Positions 1-11,118 of a stretch of 64,000 nt of DNA are shown here, piece by piece. A program made the position numbers and the translations under genes. Each line of letters opens with the position of its first letter. Position 1 is the stretch's first letter. Origin of the DNA: Marsupella aquatica (taxonomy: Eukaryota > Plantae > Marchantiophyta); NCBI GenBank assembly GCA_973895155.1, contig OZ316895.1, positions 17,563,437-17,627,436 of the forward strand, written 5' to 3'. Under the pieces are notes generated by a model. It was not told the origin of the DNA and ran no database searches. It worked only from the letters and a program-made list of their open reading frames with translations.

Positions 1-23
1 TTCTTCTCCTCTCCCTTCCATAT

Positions 24-213
24 TGCTCCACAAATCTGATAGTTTGGTAAGGCTGGGGTAGACTACTAATCGGTAAGTCATGGAAAAGGTGGCAAAGTAG
101 ATAAATACAGACCCCATGCTCCACAAATCTGATAGTTTGGTAAGGCTGGGGTAGACTACTAATCTACCAGTCATGGAAAAGGTGGCAAAGTAGATAAATA
201 CAGACCCCCATGG
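24..213. repeat. Tandem duplication, 2 x ~93 bp
   Basis: tgctccacaaatctgatagtttggtaaggctggggtagactactaatc...aaatacagacccc starts at 24 and again at 117, nearly identical. Confidence 0.9.
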
Positions 214-867
214 GACGCTCTTTCCAAAATCTTTAGAAGCACATGCACATGCAAACATTGCACTATTGGTCACAAACAACAACGGTTAGTTATGCAAGAA
301 GAACCAGATGTGACTATTCATGCTTAATGAGGCAAGACCAAGGAAAACCGTTAGACCCCATACCTGAAAAAACAATGGAAAATCAAAAAGTGTTATTTCA
401 AATAACAAAGAAAAGGGTATAAAAAGGGGTAAAGGAGAAAATAACCTTTGAATGGGTGTGTAATTGATACATCATTTTTTGGGTAAAGTGTTTGAATTTT
501 TCTATTTGGCAAAATTTGAAAATATCATGGGTAAAAAGAAACTCTTCAGCTAGTGTACCATTTACCAAGGTAACATAGGAAACATTTGGCTACTATGGAC
601 AGAGGAGTAATAAGAGAATGTAAGAAATGGTTCAACTACTACGAACACTGGTCCAGGAACCCTTTGGCTACTATGGATGGAGGAATATTTTGCATGGACT
701 CTATCAAATGTTAGTTACATGAAGGTACAAAGGGAAAGTTTTATATGGAGTGTTATGTTATCATGAATAATCTCATCTTTGTCTACAATGAAATTCAATG
801 TATCCTAACTACCTTAGAACCCACTTTATTCAAAGTACTCTGTTTAATCTTTGTCCTCTCATGCCTA

Positions 868-945
868 GAGGACATGGCTGTGTGGTAGCTCACTTGAGTT
901 GAGAATCATAGGTCTAGGGTTCAAATGTTGTGACTGGCTGATCCC
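868..945 (+). mobile_element. tRNA-derived SINE-like head (degenerate)
   Basis: Box A-like TGGCTGTGTGGTAG and box B-like GGGTTCAAAT at Pol III spacing; a related copy lies in reverse orientation at ~41840-41915. Confidence 0.5.
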
Positions 946-1002
946 TTTCTATGGGGTTTAACAGATTTCCCCTTAAAAAGTTAAAACAACAACATTTTGT
1001 CC

Positions 1003-1470
1003 TCTCATCTCCATATTCAATCTTATTCCAATGTGCAACTCTTTATCTCTCCAACCAGATGATTGACATCACTCTCATCTCCATATTCAAACTTAATCCA
1101 ATCTGCAACTCTTTATCCCTCCAACTAGATGAATAATATCAAGCTTACATAACCAAGGGGTACTCCAACTAAGCATATTCAAACTTATTCTAATCTGCAA
1201 CTCTTTATCCCTCCAACTACATGAATGACATCAAGCTCACATAACCAAGGGGTCCTCGAACTAATCAATATACTAAATTGCATCCCTACAGCTATTGGTA
1301 TCAAGCTTACATAACCAAGGGGTCCTTGAACTATCAAGCTTTCATAACCAAGGGGTACTCGAACTAATCAACATACTAATGTCATCCCTAAAGGTATGTG
1401 TATCAAGCTTACATAACCAAGGGGTCCTCAACTAATCAATATACTAAATCTCATCCCTAAAGCTATGTGT
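1003..1470. repeat. Degenerate tandem repeat array (~70-90 bp units)
   Basis: Recurrent ctctcatctccatattcaa...tgcaactctttatc and atcaagcttacataaccaagggg motifs (the latter at ~1137, 1228, 1299, 1333, 1402). Confidence 0.85.
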
Positions 1471-4400
1471 GAGAGTGGGAAAAACAAGGTTGTAAGATGA
1501 GAACTCTACAAAGTGGAAAAAGCAAGGTTGTAAGATGAGAAGTCGAGACCTGTCAGGCGAAAATACGAGGAAAACAGGAAGGACGAGCTCTTGAGGGTTT
1601 TAGGGGCGGAATTAGACAGGAGCTCTCGACGATCGATCGACCTAGAAGAACGATGGCACGCAATGTTGGAAGAGTTGCGCGTCGAATTTGGTCTTTCTGT
1701 TCAATGCCCTCTCGTAATGCCATAGCTGAAAGTGGTGCCTCTTCATCCTCCTCGTCGCCATCGGCTGGTGCAGCAGCAGCTCATGCTCGCCCATCTCTTC
1801 GGCACCCTTCGCCTGCCACTCAACAACCGCTCTTCGGCTCCCGCAAACAATCTGTGCATTATTACACCAGGTACTGTACGATGCTCTGTTGAACTGATAT
1901 CGTCGAGGGCGTGGGAGGCAGCTCGGCTTTGAGTGTAGTTTCGTGAAGAGTTCTGCTGCTTTCCTAGCTCTAAACCCTAATCCCTCGCACAATTTTCGAT
2001 GTAGGTAGCTGCTAGGGAGTTTATGCCGAAAAATTGAACGAACTTCACATTTGAACTGTGCTTTGTCGAGGCGTCGGTATCGGAGATTTAGGATATTTAA
2101 GGTGGCACTTTATTTGTCAATCTGCTCCATCATCGCAATCTGTCATTGGTGCAGCTGCTCATAATGGTTCAGAGAGAAAAATGGTTTTATGCATTCGGAT
2201 CCATCGCTCATCAACAGATATGGAATGGACGGTACAGAGAGCCGAGATGCGAGATAAATCCGAAAATAATGAACGCAGTCAGTGTCCTGTTCCAGTTAAC
2301 GTAATGCTCCCGTTCCTGATTTGTCATTCGAGTTTTGTAAGGAAGTAGGATCTTCTTGCGCACTGAATTGCTTCAGAAATAGTAGAAGAGAATTCAAGGG
2401 ATGGTTTCCTCAATGCAGGTTGCCAGGAGAGATTGTATCCATTTCGTCCTTGATGGCCAGACACAATGCAACAGCAGCAGCGCGGTTAGTTTCCAAACTT
2501 TCGGGCGATCTCACGCCCCAAATCGAAGGTATGTGTCACATCACTGTTCCTTCACCAGGAGGTTGTAGCTCGCTTCCAGTGTTAGACTTAGTCGAGACCT
2601 GCGTTTACCGGATCTAGCATGTCCTTCTGGATCAACAGGCTCCTACATCGCACGTCTCTTACCACCTTTCAGCCATTCGAACCACATTACGTTGCCACTC
2701 TCTCGAACGAAGAAGGTTTTTACTTAAGAAATTGGGTAGACAGGCAAAAAGAGACAAAAGGGCTAAGAAGTATTTAATTCAATCCTAATAAGAATTGTAT
2801 GCTAGTCGCAGTCCTTGAAATTGATTGAGCTCCTTTAAAGATGGTACAATGTACAATTTTGTAATTCTTTGGTCCCAGCGAGAACAATGTTCTAAGTGTT
2901 TTCAGTAATGTAGGTGTAAGCTTTCTCAGCTCTTGGACATAAGGGCTTTGCGAGTCAGAATTACAAGTCATCCCTTCCCTTTAACGTCAGAGATAGAAAG
3001 GCATTGTGAGGTTTATCAAAATTCTCCATAACCCTAGTCATGTGTGAAGGCTGGTACTCACTGGTTTCCTGCATCAAGCTTCTAAGTTGCTTTGAACTTC
3101 AGTGGATGTCATGGACAACATCCCGTGTTCTCTCACATCTCCATTGCGTTTTTACGTTCTCTTTGGTCTGTAGTTAAATTATTCTCTCGCTTCTTCTTTA
3201 TTAAAGCAGACAGAATTTCAACAGACTTGGGCAGGGGACCATTATTCATAAAATTGCTTGGGTTAGGCTCGTATATCATAGAGACGGGTGGAGACCTAAA
3301 AGGCCTTCTGAACACCGGGAGTGACCTGTCTCACCTCGCAGTTTTGTCTCGGACATTTGGGTTTTCCCTAGAAAGCAATTTAAATCTACATTTCCCCTTT
3401 CCGCCTAGATACAACCTAATTGCAGCAACTTAGCACTACAACCGGCTTTGTAAACGCGTTGGTACGGAAGCTCAGTTATGTAGGTCCACTTACCTGAACG
3501 ACTCCTAGTCTTGTTTGGAAGTAGAACGCTGTCTTCCGATTTTGAGGTTATCAGAGCTTTTCTAATTCTTTTTCTACTCTTGTCGTTGAGCAGGGATTCT
3601 CGCAAGATATGTTAGCCCCATCTAGTGGGAGTCCAGGGAGGAAAGAATATCCAATTTTGTGGACGACCTAGATTTGTGATCTGGGCAAGTTATTAGCATA
3701 AAAGCTGAGTGGAGTCTACTAGTGTAAGAAAAAAGGAGGTCCTCCCTGCCTAGTGAAGTATTGCTTCACCCGCACAGAAACGACTGACCGTCAAACGAAC
3801 AATTCTTTTGAGCTATCTAATGCAATAAAAACAATGGATTCGGGATAATGTTCCCGTTTTATGCTGAACTGGAACTCGTTTGTATCCGCGGACTAGCAGT
3901 GTATTCCACACACCTCTGACGCAAATTCCGACTAAAGCTCATGTCGACATTGATCGCTTTTGTTTGCAATTTCCTCTACTGGGAAATATCGATCCAGCTT
4001 ACGTCAGTCGGGGTTTTGTCCAAAGTCGTTTGAATCTGGATTGTAGAAGTGCCTGGAAATAGGATATAGGGTGGTTGCTAATCTCCCTTTGAAAGAGTCT
4101 CTGTCTTTGTTGAACAGCATTCTTCTAGCACTCTGACCAACGTCACGAATCTGCAGGGAACTTGTATTAGGCTGACAACAGCCCTTCACCTAGGAGGAGG
4201 AGGGAGTGTCTCACGATTCCGTAGCAATGAAAATATGTATCCTGCTGGGTGTCAAGTACCCATTTCGATTCAGCTTCGAATCTGAGGTCCGTGCTTAAGA
4301 GTTATCAAAGTCTTCAGAGTTATCAAAGTCTTCAGTCAAAGAATGACCATCGGTGGCACGTTAGTCGAGTTTGCTGTATTCGGCACTCGTGGGACATCAT

Positions 4401-4869
4401 TCTCTCAGAATGTGTTGAGCATCGCAAATATTCGTGCCACCTTCCCAGAAGGATTGTCAGTCCTCCAGATAACCCTGAACAACCAGTGAGGTCCCACATC
4501 GACTAAACAATAAGAATCCGAGTTTAGACTTCAATTTGTGAGAGCGAGAGCTGAAAAATACAACCCAAATTAAGTTCGAGCCAGTTCCGTGTTAGATGTA
4601 TCACCAGGTCACATGGTACTATCCGTTAAAGGCTGGGCAGAATCTTCTCTAGGGGAGACAACACTCACCTGCTACGCGCATACTGTAAGGACGACAAAGA
4701 ATACGCCATTTTAATCCTCCTTCGTGGAAAACAGCACTTTTATCTTGGCCATGGAAGGTCAAACTGAAGGTAACAAGGTAAATCTCTCGGATAAAAACTC
4801 CGCGTAAACTTTTGGTCCCACTTTTAGTCTTCCCTCATCCTTGAACTCTAGCGTAACGTTCATGTGACA

Positions 4870-5410
4870 TACGAGAAAGCTAATGTGTGAGACCTTTAGA
4901 GGAACAGACCCTGGTGGGGTCGTTGCTGTGAAGTTGCCTTGGTGAGGGCCCTGACTTTTCAGAGGACTTGAGGAAGTAAAAGTTTTATCTATGTAAAGCT
5001 AATGTAAGATACGAGAGAAATGGAATTGGTGGGGTCCTTGCAGAAAAATAGCTGCCTTGGTGAGTCTTCAAAGGAGTTTAGAGAATGAACATTTCATCCG
5101 TGTAAAGCTAGTGTAACATTAGAGAGAAACTGTCTTGGTGGGAGTCTTTGCCGAAGAAATTGCCCTTGGTGAGGACCCTAGTCTGGACTTGAGGAATGAC
5201 AGTTCATCCGTGTGGAGCTAATGTAAAATATGTGAGATTCGGACCTGGTGGGTTCCTTGATGTAACAGTTGCGTTGGTGAGGGCCCTGAGTCTTTGAAAG
5301 GAATTGAAGGAATGAAAGTTTCATGTGTGTAAGTCTAATGTAAGATGTGAGAGGACCAGACTTGAGTCTTCAAACGACTTTCATTGAGGGAATGAAAGTT
5401 TCATCTCCCT
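4870..5410. repeat. Degenerate tandem repeat array (~110-120 bp units, ~4.5 copies)
   Basis: aagctaatgt...tggtggg...gccttggtgag...gaggaatgaaagtttcat recurs at ~4876, 4995, 5104, 5216, 5331. Confidence 0.85.
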
Positions 5411-6191
5411 AAAGAAGCACCTGGTTTCCATCCAGCTTGCCTCTTGTTCACTCGTAGTTGGTGAGTGTCTCAAGCGCTTGTTGAATTTACAAGCTTGAAT
5501 GCCCATTCTTTATATAACAATAGAGATGATGACAAAAATTAGCATCTATTATCATCTTCACATACAATAGATCTTATCTTCACATACAATACATCCCATC
5601 TTCTCCATCCACATATATTTTGGTGGGCTCCATCCACATATATTTGGTGGGGCCCTAGGATTCCTTTCTAGAGGTTTTACTCTAAAAACCTACACCCATT
5701 TTTAGCTTCTGTTCGCAAATTAGTACTAAGATGTACTAGAAAACCAAAAATAGAATATTACTGTTTTCCCCAGTTGCACTCATGGGTGAGTTATTCCTTA
5801 AACCGCCACACTGTTGATTCAGGGTACTAAAATTCATCAATATAACACTATTGAGAAAAGGAAAAAGTACATTATTTTGTCCTTCCCAACCTGGTGAACG
5901 ATGAGAGTTTAAAGATGAGAGTTTAAAAACAATAGCCAATTATTCAGCTCAGTCACAAATTAAAATAGACATAAAAAATCACTGATATTAGGGACCTGTG
6001 ACAACCTCTTTCCAAGATTCTTGAAGTAAAAGATGTGCTTTGATGCTTGAGATCCTATTTGGTTGTAGGTTCCCTGTACTTGTCCATTCTCGATTGCACC
6101 TGGGTGGTAAAGGAAGCTGCACAAGCTGCGGGCTCTCCCCACCACCATTCGGCCGCTTGAGTTTGCTCGTACTTTGGCTCTCCTTGGGGCT

Positions 6192-6478
6192 GGTTTTAGG
6201 GTTTGATCCCCCTAACTTATAAGTGAAATTTGTTTTTGGTAAAACATTTTCTTTCTTTAAATTTTGCCATTTTTTATTAAAGAACCCCTAAAAAATTTGA
6301 AAATGTATATTTTTTAAAATTAAATAAGCTTATGTATTCTTTAAAGTCGACCAGTCAATAAAATAAGTCTTATGTGTTCTTCCACAAAACTTTGGAAGTC
6401 TTACACTATACCCATTTAAATGGGCCTATACTTTGTTGCACGTGATGTGACACTTTCATGGGAGTGACCCCCCTTGAG
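6192..6478. mobile_element. Truncated copy of the CTCGGG-TIR MITE-like family
   Basis: Reverse-complement match to the 30772-31118 element; ends gagtgaccccccttgag; the other terminus is missing. Confidence 0.7.
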
Positions 6479-6724
6479 TTTTTTTCCATTTTGTTATTTC
6501 TTTCTTTTTGTGTCTTTACTTTAAATTTATTTATATTCGGTTCCCTTGAGAGGCCTTTCTTTTGGTGGCTTATTTGGGATGTGTCTCAGCACTTGCACAA
6601 TGGCTTCCTCCTTGATGACTTTGAGTCCAGGTTCTCTTAGCTTTTTCATGTTTGTGGTCATGTGGCTCTTGGGGCTTGCATATCTCCATTTCATCCCCGG
6701 ATTTCATCAATGAGTTTGCACTCC

Positions 6725-7066
6725 TCAATTTGTCTCTCTAGCCATGGAAGTGAGGCGTTTGGTCCCCACATCCACTCCTTGCCTCTTTCTGGCCTCTTTC
6801 CTCCCCCCTATCGGTGTACTTGTTTGGACAGTTGGTGTCACGGTTCTAGGGGTGCCTTTTGGTGGGGTGGCATTTGAACCGGATTTTTTGCAGGCTGCCC
6901 TTCCCAGGATGTCCTTCACATTGACCAGCTCGTAGCATTGCGGGATGTCCAGATTGCCTACATGATAATTCTGGTCCACTGTTGTGCCCGCCGTCCATCC
7001 TACCTTCTTTGGATGGTCCCCCAGTGCTATGTTCTTGTCTCGGCTCACTTCCTTTAACACCACCAT
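6725..7066 (-). pseudogene. Degenerate ORF weakly resembling the Myb/SANT (NAM-associated) protein of PIF/Harbinger elements
   Basis: LKEVSRDKNIALGDHPKKVGW, PQCYELV and PIGGRKEARKR loosely echo the aWxxvSxDxxxGxxQ..FW, hCWexL and RPxGrKxAK motifs; fragment of an old element hosting nested insertions. Confidence 0.3.
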
Positions 7067-7295
7067 GTGATGATTGCTTTGGCAACCTTATATTATTGGT
7101 CCTGGAGTGCGCCCTTGATGTAGAGGAACAAGCAGCCCAAGAAGCATCTTTGCCTCCTTCGGTTGGTGGCCGGCCTTGGCATTTCATCGACTGCTTCCTT
7201 TGCTCCCTGTGCCTTCTTGGGTACGTTGTTGGGCACATGTGGCTCCCGTGTTGGCTTCTTGTTTCTTTGTGGATCCCCATGCTCTCCTTTGTGTT

Positions 7296-7990
7296 TGTTA
7301 GGTATTTCTCTTAGTCTTGTGACTCATGAGCTAACCACAGTTAGGCTAACTCGGGTTAGGACTTAGCTAATGTTAGCGGTAGTTCTTGTTGAGCATAGAC
7401 AACATTCGCAACGGCAAGCCCATGAACCATTCAACGCACAATAGTCAACACAGAGAGATACGTGGTTCATCTCCACATGAGGCTATGTCCACAGGAACAC
7501 ACAAGAGCTTTACTGCACTCTAGGCCGACCGGCCATACCAAGCATCCATAGCACAAGCTCTCCCTACCTCTCAACTAGCTCCGTAACAATGAGCCTAAGT
7601 TCCACCAGGGTCTGGCATCAACCCTAGCTTAATACACAACAGCACTACCGCTAACATTAGCTAAGTCCTAACCCAAGTTAGACTAACTGTAGTTAGCTCA
7701 TGAGTCAACAAGACTAAGAGCAATATCTAACAGTTCTGTTGTGTATATAGCCAGGGCTGGTGCCAGACCCTGGTGGAACTTAGGCTCATTATTACGGAGC
7801 TAGTTGAGAGATAGGGAGATTTGCGCTTAGGGATGCTTGGTATGGCCGGTCGGCCTAGAGTGCAGTAAACTCTTGTGTGTTCTCGTGGACGTAGCCTCAT
7901 GTGGAGGTGAACCACGTATCTCTCTGTGTCGACTCTTGTGCGTTGGATGGTTCATGGGCTTGCCGTTGTGATTGTCGTCTATGCTGAACA
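7296..7990 (+). mobile_element. Solo LTR (copia-related family), interrupted by a second LTR
   Basis: TG...CA ends, flanks gtgtt/gtatt (5-bp TSD with 1 mismatch), shares ctcttagtcttgtgactcat and gtggacgtagcct...gaggtgaaccacgta blocks with the LTRs at 43179 and 49337. Confidence 0.85.
7387..7732 (-). mobile_element. Solo LTR of the same family inserted in inverted orientation
   Basis: 346 bp, TG...CA ends, perfect TSD gttct (7382-7386, 7733-7737); reverse complement aligns with the host LTR. Confidence 0.9.
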
Positions 7991-8154
7991 GTATTGTTAT
8001 GGGGGTCGAGACAAAGGTTCTGCCTGTCTAGTCCTAGCTTCACACTACATGGTCCATGTTGCCCGATGTGGTCCAATATGTGTGTTGTTCTGGCATTTAA
8101 GGAGGTGTTTTGGAGATCAACATGTGAATTCCAACCTTATGCACACTTACACCA

Positions 8155-8313
8155 TTTTTAATTAGCATGCTCTTTGATTCACCATCAGGCACTGTTTGGG
8201 CTTGTCTCCTATCTTGTTCTAGCGCAGGTTCAGGACCCTTTTTAATTAGCATGCTCTTTGATTCACCATCACACACTGGTTGGGCTTGTCTCCTATCTTG
8301 TTCTAGCGCAGGT
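8155..8313. repeat. Tandem duplication, 2 x 84 bp
   Basis: attagcatgctctttgattcaccatca...cttgttctagcgcaggt at 8161 and 8245. Confidence 0.9.
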
Positions 8314-8417
8314 GCGGGTGCCTGGCTCTTGGCCAGTCCTCTTTGGCCCCCCTTCCAGATGAGCTCTTTGATTTGACCACAATCATCCTTACACCTCTGG
8401 CTTGGCCTCCCTGACCC

Positions 8418-8662
8418 CTCGGGGGGGTCACTATATGAAGGGTCATACATCACGTGTGACCATTTGGGTCATTTATGACCCCCCTAAGTCACTTTCTAGA
8501 AAGTTGTACGGCACCAATCATGTGATGACACGTATGCATTTTGCAATTAAACAACCCTATATTTCCATAGAAGACTTAATAAGTCTTCCGCCAAAACCAT
8601 TTAAATGGCCCTATACTTCATAACACATGATATGCCACTTCCATGGAAGTGACCCCCCCAAA
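8418..8662. mobile_element. Non-autonomous TIR element (MITE-like), 245 bp, 8-bp TSD
   Basis: TIRs ctcgggggggtcac / gtgacccccccaaa; TSD cctgaccc at 8410-8417 and 8663-8670. Confidence 0.85.
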
Positions 8663-8692
8663 CCTGACCCGTGCCTCTTGGCCGGGCCAACC

Positions 8693-9034
8693 TGTTAGGT
8701 ATTTACTCAATGTCTAGGGTTACGACATGTAATCATAGTTAGGCTAACTGTAGTCGGAGACATGGTTAGATTAACTAGGATGTACACTATATGCCAAACG
8801 GTGTTTTCTTGGATAAGTAAACTTAGGCTCATTGTTATGGAGCCACTTGAGAGATGAGGAGAGCTTACACTGTGGAGACTTGGTATGGTCGACGGGCTTG
8901 GAGTTCAGTAAAGCTCTCTTGTGTGTTCCCGTCGATGTAGCCTCGAGGAGGTGAACCACATATCTCTTGTGTCGACTACTTGATCGTTGGATGTGTCATG
9001 TGCTTACCATTGCGATTGTCATCTATGCTCAACA
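8693..9034 (+). mobile_element. Solo LTR (copia-related family)
   Basis: 342 bp, TG...CA, perfect TSD caacc (8688-8692, 9035-9039), shares gaggtgaaccac...tgtgtcgact block. Confidence 0.9.
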
Positions 9035-9416
9035 CAACCCACTCTTTATGTGGGGCATCCCTGACCCCCTAGGGAGTCCATATTCTTTGGTGTGATCACA
9101 GTATTCAATGAGAGGAATGTGACTCGTGATGATATCCGTGGTGGCTGCCATTGCTCGGGACTCTGGCTACCATGTCACAATGAAGCAACTCCATGTGCTT
9201 CCTCCTTGCGATGGTGTTCCTGGTCGTCGGCAAGCTGACCTGGTCCTTTTTTGGGCAGGCATCCGGGCTCTTGACAATGAATGTGGTCATTGCCAATCCT
9301 ACAGGTGGGACTCATGTTTTGGTTTCTGCCCATGTTCAGGGCCATGCTATGGTCAAGGCAACGCGGCTAAAGAAGGAGGCATATATGCTGCTTGGTACCC
9401 AGGGGATCCTTTCTAC

Positions 9417-9531
9417 CCCGGGTATGCAACTTCCCTTTTTATAAGGCAAGTTTTTAATTTCTTATAATCATGGCCTTATATCCAATTGACCATCTTAGCT
9501 AGATTTCATTTTAGTCTACTAAAGTCTTGTA
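9417..9531. mobile_element. Terminal fragment of the CCCGGG-TIR element family
   Basis: cccgggtatgcaact...ctactaaagtcttgtac closely matches 51025-51133. Confidence 0.75.
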
Positions 9532-10934
9532 CACCCCATATTATCTACTATACTTAGTGTACTAAAGTCCCTACACCCCATTTGACCGTTTCCTCCAGAA
9601 CTGTGCGGTCTTTTGTATTCAGTGGCAGCCCTACCCCCCTATTTCAGTCCTCATTGGCTTCTTTTGGCAGCGGATGTCCGTTGTTCTACAGCGGGCTGAG
9701 GCTCTCACCATCCTTTGGCGGGCTCAGGCTGTTGGATTTATGGCTTCTAGTCAACTTTGTCTTCGTGACCCTCCTATGTTCACCCAAGAGCTCTGCCAAG
9801 CGTTTCAGTACATGGCTCAGTAGGCTTCTTGTTTGTTGGCTGTTTGGTTGGGATCTTGGTCTTTAGGCAGGTGGGCTTTTTTGGCTTTTTGGCCCTTGAA
9901 TTTGGCTTTTTGGCTTTTACATTTTTCCAATTTTCTCCCCCTTTTCCCCCTTTATTAGGTTTTTTTGGCCTTTGGGATCATATCCCCCCTTTGGGTTTTG
10001 TTCCTTTGGAGTTATATATTGCTAATGGGTTCTATGCCTAAGTGAGAAACTGGCTAATAGAAAAACAGAAAACCTTGCAAACGTTTTGACCGAAGAGCAA
10101 GATTTTATCAGATTAATTTTTGAGCCTAAGTCTTCCTAGAGTTAAGGATCCAGGTTACATTATGGCTAATAGGGCCTATGCCTAGGTGGGAAACTGGCTA
10201 GTAAAACATTATTAAATTAATTTGTGACCATCAGATTCTGGGTATGTGACTAGGTGCAAAACTAGCTAATAATAGAAGACAAAGAGCTTAGCCAAATTTA
10301 GCCTGGAGAGCCAAGACTTTAGTGAGGTGGAATCTAGCTAATTGTCACCCATTAACCAAAGCGCTGAAGGGTAGGCATGTGCTTGCCTTGGCTTGGACTG
10401 GACTGGTCTGGTGGAGGGCATGCACGCATCATTGTGACGTTTAAACAACAATAAAGCCGAGGTACAAACAAACAAAAGCAGCAGCAGCAGAGCTCTACAG
10501 GATGAGGAGGAGAGTAGGTCGAGACCCACACGGTTTCTCCCCAATGATTGGCATCCTGCATGCTTACGTCGATTTCCGAGTTTTCAGCTCGCTTTCCAGT
10601 CCCGCATTTACACAAACGAAAAGTGCCGATCTGACCGGTAATCGGGTAATGTGACTGACTCGTCGTCGAGCCTCGTTGGGACACACGAATGTGGCACAGG
10701 ACGTATAATAGTCGCATACAGAAAGACATACGGTGGACTGTAGAACATTGATGAGGTGAAGCCACGTTTTTGGTCGAACATATTCGAGGACCGAAATTTT
10801 ATGTCAGGGCTTTTCCATTCTGATCACTCTGTCGATCTTCCCTCCACGTCAATCAAGACCACCACTGTAGGTATCGGCTCCCAAACAGTACAAACAGAGG
10901 AGAATATGTGTGGTGACCGATGCTCCCACACAAT

Positions 10935-11118
10935 AGAAATATAGGTGAGTTTGTGGGCCTCTTCAACCCCCAAACTGACCTCCATCCTTCAATTTCTGCA
11001 TATTGTATCTTCACATGTATCACAAGAAATATAGGTGAGTTTGTGGGCCTCTTGAAAAGCCCCCAAACTGACCTCCATCCTTCAATTTGTGTCTATTGTA
11101 TCTTCACATGTATCACAC
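10935..11118. repeat. Tandem duplication, 2 x ~90 bp
   Basis: agaaatataggtgagtttgtgggcctctt...cttcacatgtatcaca at 10935 and 11025. Confidence 0.9.

Noticed and set aside
868-945. Functional tRNA gene
   Set aside because: No acceptor or anticodon stem pairing; boxes are degenerate.
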